DNA from: Octopus sinensis
Taxonomy: Eukaryota
Assembly (NCBI RefSeq): GCF_006345805.1
Contig: NC_042997.1
Location: forward strand, 173,352,001 to 173,416,000
Direction: 5' to 3'
Length of the DNA: 64,000 bases
The notes beneath the pieces were generated by a model. The model did not search any database and was not told the DNA's origin. It saw nothing but the letters and a program-made list of their open reading frames with translations. Positions 54,741 through 64,000 of this stretch are shown here, piece after piece (position 1 is the stretch's first letter; each line of letters opens with the position of its first letter). A program made the position numbers and the translations under genes.

Positions 54741-55179
54741 TAAGATTAATCAAAGGACAAACTGGTATGTCTAACTGCTTGAAATAACAGTCAAAAGTCT
54801 TATTAAATCGCCAAAAATACACTGATGAAAACTACAGAAGTCAAACGAAGGCAAAATCAGGTTAAGACAATCTACTAACATACATTTAAGTATTGGACTC
54901 ACGTGGACCGGTTTCTGCATTGGTAAAATAAATCTTAGCTTCTTCAGCACGCGTTACCATGATTAGAGACTCCCAACCCATCGCTTCGAAGTCTGTGCTG
55001 CAACTGATTCGTTTCGCGCCGAAATCACAACAGCTACCAGTGTAAAATAATCTTAACCTGATTTTTGCCTTCGTTTGATTTCTGTAGTTTTCATCAGTGT
55101 ATTTTGGGCGATGTAATAAGAGTTTTGACTGTTATTTCAAGCAGGTAGACATACTTAGTATGTCCTTTGATTAATCTTA
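54741..55179. repeat. Inverted repeat (~127-bp arms) with a hammerhead motif in the spacer
   Basis: 54741-54867 pairs with 55051-55179. Confidence 0.9.
54900..54953 (-). ncRNA. Type-I hammerhead motif
   Basis: CGCGUG CUGAAGA [imperfect stem II] GAA ACCGGU C CACGUG: 6-bp stem I, GUC site. Confidence 0.65.
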
Positions 55180-55348
55180 ATCCATCGACTATTTAATGCT
55201 AGTTTTTGGCCTGCTATCACCTGTGTCATTGATTCTGTTATTATCATTTTTAAAATAGTTACATTGAATAATAATAGAATTAATGACTCCTTCGTAAATT
55301 AATTTTTGATGATTTTATATATATAGATATATATATATATATATATAG

Positions 55349-55501
55349 CGCAGGAGTGGCTGTGTGGTAAGTAGCTTGCTAACCGGGTTCCGGGTTCAGT
55401 CCCACTGCGTGGCATTTTGGGCTAGTGTCTTCTGCTATAGCCCCGAGCCGACCAATGCCTTGTGAGTGGATTTGGTTGACGGAAACTGAAAGAAGCCTGT
55501 C

Positions 55502-55556
<55 letters not shown>

Positions 55557-55748
55557 ATTGTGTTTGTGTGTGTGTGTTTGTCCCCCTAGCATTGCTTGAC
55601 AACCGATGCTGGTGTGTTTACGTCCCCGTCACTTAGCGGTTCGGCAAAAAAGACCGATAGAATAAGTACTGGGGTCGAGTTGCTCGATTAAGGTGGTGCT
55701 CCAGCATGGCCGCAGTCAAATGACTGAAACAAGTAAAAGAGTAAAAGA

Positions 55749-55750
<2 letters not shown>
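55349..55750 (+). mobile_element. SINE family B, full length
   Basis: GCAGGAGTGGCTGTGTGGTAAG...(TA)n...GTAAAAGAGTAAAAGAG. Confidence 0.92.
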
Positions 55751-55798
<48 letters not shown>

Positions 55799-56439
55799 CC
55801 TAGGCATTGAGAGAGCAATAACCCGATGTAGAACTCAATGTACGAATGTTTCTGAACGAAGTGTTGGTCGCGTATAGAGCGGAAATAAGAAAGAGAGATG
55901 AAAAAGGAATAAATAAAGTTATTTAGACACTCATTTAGTCCTTTGTCATCTCTCTTTTATACACACACACATATATATTTATATACATATATATGTGTAT
56001 GTGTGTATGTGTGTGTGAGAGAGAGAGAAAGTGCATGTGTCTGTGTGTGCGTATGTATAGAATGTAGAAAAGTTGGTATTTTATACTGTGTAAATTGCAC
56101 ACGCGTATCGGTAAACTGACTGGCAGGATTACATTTCAGTTACTATTAACATCTTGTCACTGCCGAATTTCCCCTCGCAGCTACTAACCAAAGCATTCTC
56201 CCTCTATCGATCATTATAACATCAATATAACTGCCATTATTATTGTAAGTACTTCTGATACTGATACGTTGCCTGTAATCACCACAGTGACGCTGATAAG
56301 ATCAAAGCAGCAAGCGCGCTGGCTACAGAGATATAGTAGATATCAAGATCGTCGTAGATGGCATTTGAGCTGGTACCGCTAGCGCTAGTGTTGGGAGTGA
56401 AGGTACTGCTGTGTTAAGTTGGCTAGTGTAGCATGTGTC

Positions 56440-56446
56440 TACACAC

Positions 56447-56485
<39 letters not shown>

Positions 56486-56780
56486 AACACACGCGCACAC
56501 ACATATATATATGTATGCATATACACATGTATACGTACACACACACACACACATACACACACACACATACACACACGCACGCACACATATATATGTATGC
56601 ATATACACATGTATACGTACACACACACACACACACATACACACACGCACACACACATATATATGTATGTATATACACATGTATACGTACACACACACAA
56701 ACACAAGCACATATACACGCATACACACACATGTATAATGTACGTATACACACATACGCATACACATATATTATATGCAT
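56440..56780. repeat. Minisatellite-like higher-order repeat of CA/TA units
   Basis: ATATACACATGTATACGTACAC recurs three times at ~70-bp spacing. Confidence 0.85.
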
Positions 56781-57021
56781 AAATACATGAACGTGGTAAG
56801 TAGAATTTTACAAACAGACTGTTCAAATAATTTGATCCTTTGTTTTATATTATCAGCCTGATAATGTTATCTAAAATACTCCACCCTAAAGTAATCACAA
56901 TGAGAAGCTTTCTTTATATATATATTGTAAAATTCTAATGTAGCGACTCGTAAGACGAGCTAAACCTTTATTTAGCTGTTTATTTATGTAAAGAATGTGT
57001 GTATGCTTTAGTGTGTGTGTA

Positions 57022-57914
57022 CGAGGTCTGATCAATAAGTATCCGGACTGTCGCCATAGTAACAAAGGTAAAGCACGCAAAATGAAGTCGCTTGCCAAAA
57101 ATTGTCCTTGAAACTTTGCTGTGCATGCGCACTAAGTTTTGACGTTCTAGCTCTCTTCCGCTGTTTATAGTAGTGCTTGGTAGGAAGGTGTATAGCATTG
57201 TCACATTGATCATGACAGAGGAAGTTGTCATAGCGATACCTACTCAGAGGCTTACGCAAAGTTGTAGAAAATGTATAGAGAGGAATGTATGAGTCACACA
57301 TAAGTGTACGAAAGGTTCAAACGTTTCTAAGATGGTTGAAAACAATGTCGATATTGATGAACGTTCTGGGAGACCTGCAACCAGCAGAACTCAGAAAGAC
57401 ATCGTAGATGTGCGTGCAGCTGTGAGGAGAAATCGTCGAATCACCATCATGAGTTTTCAGAGGATGTGCAGATCAATTACGGTTCAGTTCAGTCCCTGAT
57501 CGCTGAATATTTGGCTATGAGATGCATGGTTATCAAATTTGTGCCAAAACTGCTTTCAGCTGACCAAAAAGACAGTCGGGTTTCAGTTGCACAAGATCTC
57601 CTTGATTGTGTTGAGAAAGATGAAAACTTTTTGAAAACTTTGTGTAGGCTTGTGAACAGGTATCGCCAAGCTTTTGGCAAAATTTGATGGCAGATTCTCT
57701 GCTCAACTTTCTTTGTCATAATCAATACGACAATCACATGCTACACACGTTCCTTCCAAGCATTGCCTTAAACAGTGAAAGTGAGCTACAACGTTAAAAC
57801 TTAATGTGCATGCGCAGCAAAAGTTCAAGGTCAATTTGTGCCAAACAGCTTCACTCTGTGTGCTTTAGCTTCGTTACTATGGCAACAGTCCGGGTACTTA
57901 TTGATTAGATCATG
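57022..57914 (+). mobile_element. Mariner derivative with long inverted ends made of two 5' halves
   Basis: TA|CGAGGTCTGATCAATAAGTATCCGGACTG TIR. 57022-~57258 is mirrored in ~57641-57914. Internal ERSGRP...KFVPKLLSADQK. Confidence 0.9.
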
Positions 57915-57974
57915 TATACGGCAAACAAAACTGTTTAGCATGGCGGGAATATAACATATTTTCACCACCGTCTC

Positions 57975-58197
57975 TTTCTACTATAGGCGTAAGGGCTGAA
58001 ACTTTCGGTGAGTGGTGAGGTGCTAGTCGGTTACATCGACCCCAGTGTTTAACTGGCACTTATTTTACCGACTTCGAAAAGACGTAAAGCAAAGTCGACC
58101 TCAGAACCTGAATTTGAACTCAGAACCTAAAGGGCAGGAATAAATGCTGCTGCGCATTTTGTCCGACGCGTTAACGACTCTGTCAGTTCGCACACCT
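57975..58197 (-). mobile_element. SINE family A, older tail variant
   Basis: ATCGACCCCAGTG...GCAAAGTCGACCTC...TTTGAACTCAGAAC. Confidence 0.75.
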
Positions 58198-58538
58198 TGC
58201 CACCACCAGTAATTCATCCTCAACAATAATACGTGTCAAACATGGAGCCTCTATGTGGTCCCTGACCTGCTAGAAATAACTGCTAATAACTCTTTCTACA
58301 TCTTCCTGCGACTACTTCCCTACATCTTTTTAAAAAAAAAACCCACGAAAAAATGAAGGACAATATTGCATAATCTAGTTAGAGATATACTTTATATGCC
58401 ACATTTTTAAGTTGAGACGTAATCGATCAAAGCTGACCTCGTCTTAAACTGCAACGCAAACCACAGTGCAGACAAGAGCACAACTGGAGCTGCTACTACT
58501 ATTTCAGCTGGTAATCCCCCACCTCATTCTCCTGAACT

Positions 58539-58570
<32 letters not shown>

Positions 58571-58722
58571 TACTAGAAAGGCCTCCGCCCGTTCTTCTCC
58601 CATTTTCTCCCAAATTTGTTTATTTAAAAAGTTTTTTTGCCAAAACCACCCCATTTTCGGATACGGAGGTTCCGAAAATTGCCAAAAATCTACCGCTGTT
58701 GCTGCTGCTGCTGCCTCACTTT

Positions 58723-58801
<79 letters not shown>

Positions 58802-59034
58802 AGCTACAGCTACAGCCAGGCAGGCACTAGTTACACAAATACACACAAAAAAGATCCGGTGTCAAAGATAACATAATCCTCGTTTGTCAACGAACCAACG
58901 AAAATTGAAATTATATCTCATCGTATCAATATCTACGGCTGTATAGTACGTTATGAGGGTGTTGGTGTTGTTAATGTTATTTGAGGTGGTGGCGGTGGTG
59001 GTAGTCGGAGTGGTGTTATTGGTGATAATGTTGG

Positions 59035-59165
59035 TAGTGGTTATAGAGGCTGTGGTGTTGTGATTAGATGTAGTAATGGTCTTAGTAGTAGTACTACTAG
59101 TAGTGGTTATAGAGGCTGTGGTGTTGTGATTAGATGTAGTAATGGTCTTAGTAGTAGTAGTAGTG
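59035..59165 (+). repeat. Perfect tandem duplication, ~66-bp period
   Basis: TAGTGGTTATAGAGGCTGTGGTGTTGTGATTAGATGTAGTAATGGTCTTAGTAGTAGTA occurs twice. Confidence 0.9.
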
Positions 59166-59393
59166 ATGGGTGCTGTTGCGGTGTTGGTATAGTGTTACTG
59201 GAAATGGAAGAGGTGACGATGGTGGTCATGGACAGTGTGACTAAGTAGCTCGTTTTACAACTACAAGGTTTCGGGTTCGCTCCCACTGAGTGGCACCTCG
59301 GGCGAGTGCCTTCGGCTGTTGCTCCCGGGATGACCAATGCCTTGTGAGTGAATTTGGTTGGCGGAAACTGTGTGGAACATTCATACAAACATG

Positions 59394-59635
59394 TGGAGAC
59401 GCGTGGCCTAGTGGTTAAGGTGCTCGACTTGTGATCGTAAAATTGTAGTTTCGATTCCTCTACCGGGTGATACGTTGTGTTCTTGAGCAAAACACTTCAT
59501 TTCACGTTGCTCCAGTCCACTCAACTGGCAAAAATGAGTCATCCTGCGACGGACCGACGTCCCGTCCAGGTGGGAAATATGTACGTCACTGAAGCCGGGA
59601 AATCGGCCATTATGAGTCGGCATGAGTCGAGGAGG
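59394..59635 (+). mobile_element. SINE: D head + D2 tail, between two SINE B 5' halves (59228-59375, 59712-59870)
   Basis: GGAGACGCGTGGCCTAGTGGTTAAGG...CCTGCGACGGAC...CCCGTCCAGG. Confidence 0.85.
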
Positions 59636-59677
59636 TAGCTTTACATTTACTTTATATACACACACACACAAACACAA

Positions 59678-59708
<31 letters not shown>

Positions 59709-59887
59709 GGGTGCAGGTGTGGCCGTGTGATAAGTAGCTTGCTTACCAACCACATGTTCCGGGCTCACTTCAACAGACTGGCACCTTGGGCAAGTGTCTT
59801 CTACTATAGCCTCGGGCCAACCGATGTCTTGTGAGTGGACTTGGTAGACAGGAACTGAAAGAAGCCCGTCATATATATATATATATA

Positions 59888-59925
<38 letters not shown>

Positions 59926-60094
59926 ATATATATATATATAAGACAAGAAATAATTTTTACCTCTTTTTATGGAGACAAAAGGGTTTATAGAACAGTAAAA
60001 GATAAGTGCACATATGCGTGTACACATATATACAGAGGTTGGACAAAATAATGGAAACATTTTAAAATCTCAAGCAAATTTATTTTAATATGGT

Positions 60095-62134
60095 GTAGGA
60101 ACGCCTTTGACTGTAATTACACCTTGATTTCTACGAGGTATGGATTCGTACAAAGTTGGAATTGTTTCCAAAGGAATTTTGTCCATTCTTCAGCTAAAAC
60201 TGTCTCCAGTTCTTGTAGTGATGATGGTAGAGGATATCGACTCCTTACTTGTTTTTCTAAAATGCACCATAAATGTTCAATAATATTCAGATCTGGGAAC
60301 TGTGGTGGCCAGATAAGATATTCAACTTCACTAGAATGTTCCTCGTGCCATTCATTAACAACTTTAGCTGTGTGTATTGGTGCATTATCATCCTGAAATA
60401 TTGTGTTTCCTTCCAGAAACAGTTCTGCAACCATAGGATGTATTTGATCAGATAAAATGCTTAAAGTCCTGACTGTTAATTCTACCGTGAAGGGAAACCA
60501 TTGGGCCAGCGGATTTCCAAGATATAGCCCCCATTCCCAGATCATCACAGATCCTCCTCCATGTTTAACAGTTGGAAGAAGGCAGTCTGGGTCAAATGGT
60601 TCTTTTGGCTGTCTCCACACGTATACTCGGCCGGTATTCGGAAATGAGGTAAAGGATGACTCGTTCGAGAAAATGACATTCTTCCACTGCTCTAGAAACC
60701 AATTCTGTAGGTTTTTACTCTACTCTAAACACTTTGCAATCTTTGTTTTTGAAAGTAGTTTTCTGATTGCAGCTCTGCCGTGAAATCTGGCTTTCTGCAA
60801 CTTCCGGCGAACAGTTTTTGTGGAAACTGGGTTCTCGTTGTGGTCATTGAACTCTTCAGTAATTTTGGGAGCTGTACTTTTGTGATTCTTTCTAACAACT
60901 CGCGTAAGAGTCCAACAGTCCGTATCTGAAAGCTGTGGGTTTCCGGAGTTTTGTTGCGACGAAGAGGTGATTCTCTCTTTTTCAAAGACTGTCATTACTT
61001 TCGAGACAGTACTTCTTGATACACACACAGCATTTCGGCTGTTTTCGTTATGCAAGCGCCTGCCATACGAGTGTTAGAATACGACCGTACGTGCGGAGTT
61101 TCGGTGACATTGTTCTCCTCTCGTTCAACAGCGTCCGGCCGCATCCCAACATAACATAATATAATGTTATATATGCCATAATATACTGTTTAATATACAG
61201 TCCCAAAGTAAATGTATAAAGGGACGCCAAAAACCGTTCTACTTTTATAAAGAGAAGATAGATTTATTTCACAGTGTACAAAGTGATGTGTTATATTTAG
61301 CGTAGTGTTGTGTCATGAATGCATGCTTATAATACTTGTGTCTGTATGTTCGTGTGTATGAAAGAAGTACAGAAATAAGGTTTATGCAAATACAACAGAG
61401 CATAAGAGAAATCTCAACATTTTGTGTTTAAATGAAGTTACTTTAGAGTTATTTTACCAGTTCATGTAGTACACGATAATGAGTTCTATACAAGATTTGA
61501 GTCTCGGAGCTGAGATTAGTTGAGTCACTTGTTGTGCATATTTTTCTCTTGATATAGATATTCTTTCAGATATATATACTGCAACTGTTTTTCCGTGGTG
61601 AGATTTTCACACTAACAGCATGAGTTGAATCTGTATTTATCTTGTGTACAAGTTGAAAGCTTCTAAGATGGAGACGATGTTGGTGATGACGTTATGTCTG
61701 TCGCTGGTTTACAATAGCGTCTTCATAGTATGGTTGGCTTGGTTGTCGTCTACCTTTCGAACTGGAACATGGTTGAGTAAGCTCTGTGTGGTCTCCGACC
61801 AAGACCTTAAAAGGTCTTAAGTCAAAAGACATGAATCGTGATATGATCAGCTTATTTAAAGAGTTAAGATGGCTAAAATAAAAAGTCCTATCCGAAAGCC
61901 GTGATTGGTCAGTTTACACACTGGCGCGAAGTAAGTAGAGAGACAGACCGCGCTTAGATGCTAACCAATCATAATAGTGGACACAACAAGGTTAAACTAG
62001 CCAAAGATATTTGTAATCTCAAACGAGATCATTCTTAATATTTTTCTCAAACTGTGAAGATAGCAATGAAAAAACAATGTTGCTACACGAGCACCAACAA
62101 TTTGACCTCTTTGAAAGTCAGATAGATCTGTCAT
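60095..62134 (-). pseudogene. Tc1 DDE transposase pseudogene
   Basis: MTDLSDFQRGQIVGAR | MAGACITKTAEML.VSRSTVSKV..., TVKHGGGSVMIW, FQDDNAPIH, WPPQFPDLNIIEHLW. Contains frameshifts. Confidence 0.92.
61072..62087 (-). mobile_element. Probable solo LTR (TG...CA, 4-bp TSD CGAG)
   Basis: CGAG at 61068-71 and 62088-91. The transposase frame rejoins when the insert is removed. Minus strand has CCAAT, TTTAAATAAG and AATAAA in LTR-like order. Confidence 0.7.
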
Positions 62135-62498
62135 TTTAATGAATTTTAATTACCATTTTCTCAAGATATCTGAAAAGAAACAGCAATTTTAGAAAAACAT
62201 ATTAAGCAACACAAATAATAAATCCGAATATATAAAAATAAAGAAGCTTTTGACGGTTTTATACATATATCAAAATTTTGATGCTATGAGGCTAGGTGTT
62301 TCCATTATTTTCTCCAACCCCTGTATATATAATTTGGAACAATGGGTATATCTCCGCATGTAAATAATGCTGGGTTCAAAATCCCTTTTGGACAGAAAAT
62401 GTTGAAGGCTTTGTGCTTCGAGATACACTTTTCCAAAAACGAACAATTTACGTTCTCTTGAAAGTTCACAAATTCTTATGGCGTCAACAATGTATATA

Positions 62499-62542
<44 letters not shown>

Positions 62543-63224
62543 CACACATCCATATAAGTGTAAACATTGTAACTTAGTGCATTAAAGGAAGTTAGCTTCT
62601 ATCCGTTTTAATAAAAGATTTGTACATATTTTCACGTATTTTATTTGATTTCAGTCTTGGTTGTTAGGTGTTTTATTTCAGTTTTTATGCTTTGAAATAT
62701 GTTCGACTGAGATCAACGTAAAGTCGGATATATCGACTCGAGTTCGAGTGTATATTTTTCCATCAATTTCTTCTTACGTAAAGTCGAAAAAAATAAAAGT
62801 AACACGAAACGACGTAAGTTGAGATGTACCTATATATATATTTGCATCTGTGTATGTTTGTACATCCGTTTGAGTGTGTGCATGTATATGTGCTAAGATA
62901 GTTATGCAAACACTCATACATACATACATGCATACATACATATATGCATACATGAGCACGTAATTTGAATAGGCGTTGATGTAAGCTGTGTTTTGCAATA
63001 GAACCGCAGAACCGTCTCCTTACGCTATCATGTACTTCGTGACTTCCACACCAGTCAACCTATATCCACAGGAGTGTGTAAGTATGGATAGGAGATCAAT
63101 ACCTGGTGTCGTATGGCATTTGGAGTGGGTGTGAAGTTTCATAACAACACGGAACCTTAGTATCAATATCAGTCAGAAAGGAAACGCGTTCAAACATTAC
63201 TGCTGGTTTGTGAAGGTCTCTTTT

Positions 63225-63366
63225 TCATTGTTTCTTTCCTTCCTTCTTTCATTTTTTTCATTTTTCTTTTCTTTTTCCCTTTTTCCCTTTTTTTCTTTTC
63301 CTTTTTTTCCTTTTTTTCTTTTCCTTTTTTTCCTTTTTTTCTTTTTTTTGTTCTTTTTTCCCTTTT
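63225..63366. repeat. Polypyrimidine (T/C) tract
   Basis: Direct inspection. Confidence 0.9.
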
Positions 63367-64000
63367 ACGATCCCTTTTGATCGAAAACCTACGCCACCTT
63401 TTTTTTTTCTCCCCAAAAGAAAAGCTCTACCTTGTAACTTGTCCCATCTGTGTGCAGCCCTTGTGGCCAATAAAGGAACTTATCTTCCTTAAGACTATAG
63501 TTGTTGTTCTTGCGTTTCATTTATTCTCATTCTTCTCTTCTCCACCTCCTTCTTTATTCTCTTTCTTTTGCCACCCACTCTTTTGCGTGTATCTTGCACT
63601 CTTACACTTTCTTACTAAAACACTGTTTGTTGTCATTGATATTCACGCTGACTGTTCGTTGATTTCCGTCTATCACAGTTACATTCGCACACGCACACAC
63701 ACACACATACGCGCGCGCGTGCGCATACACTCATAGCCGTGCATGTAAATATAAATATACACATATGTACGGACACATCGATAGTAATACATTCAGACAC
63801 ACATGCAAGCAGATACACACAGATACAAACACACTCGCACACATGCAGACACAGACACACACACACACATATATACGCATACACACACAGACGTGCACGT
63901 ACATGTAAATATACACACATATGTACAGACACGTATATAGTAATACATTCAGACACATAAGCATGCAGACACACACACACACGCACACCACACACACACA

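Larger units (their letters stand above)
60033..62323 (-). mobile_element. Tc1-like transposon carrying a 1-kb nested insertion
   Basis: TIRs CAGAGGTTGGACAAAATAATGGAAAC / GTTTCCATTATTTTCTCCAACCCCTG, with TA TSD. Confidence 0.95.

Noticed and set aside
56181-56244. Possible exon (cag|...|gtaagt)
   Set aside because: Stop codons in all three frames.

Overview
AT-rich, repeat-saturated animal genomic DNA with no supportable host protein-coding exon. It is intergenic or deep intronic, and there is a 100-N gap at 17091-17190. The mix of tRNA-derived SINEs and long (TA)n/(CA)n/(TACA)n tracts resembles octopus genomes; this is an inference from repeat style. Contents: (i) six Tc1/mariner-superfamily relics, including an Hsmar1-like mariner and a Tc1 split by a ~1 kb TG...CA insert; (ii) dozens of SINE copies from four head types that share interchangeable tails; (iii) RTE-type and R4/Dong-type LINE fragments; (iv) a small Helitron-like element; (v) several long foldbacks. 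Nearly all listed ORFs are microsatellite artefacts. The most interesting signal is a set of short non-coding repeats, mostly embedded in (TA)n, that carry type-I hammerhead-ribozyme folds of the Penelope-like kind. These fall into about five families with different cores (CUGACGA+A, CUGUNGA+A, UUGAAAA with U3-A8 covariation, CUGAGGA, CUGAAGA), and two lie in inverted-repeat structures. All folds were read by eye and are untested.
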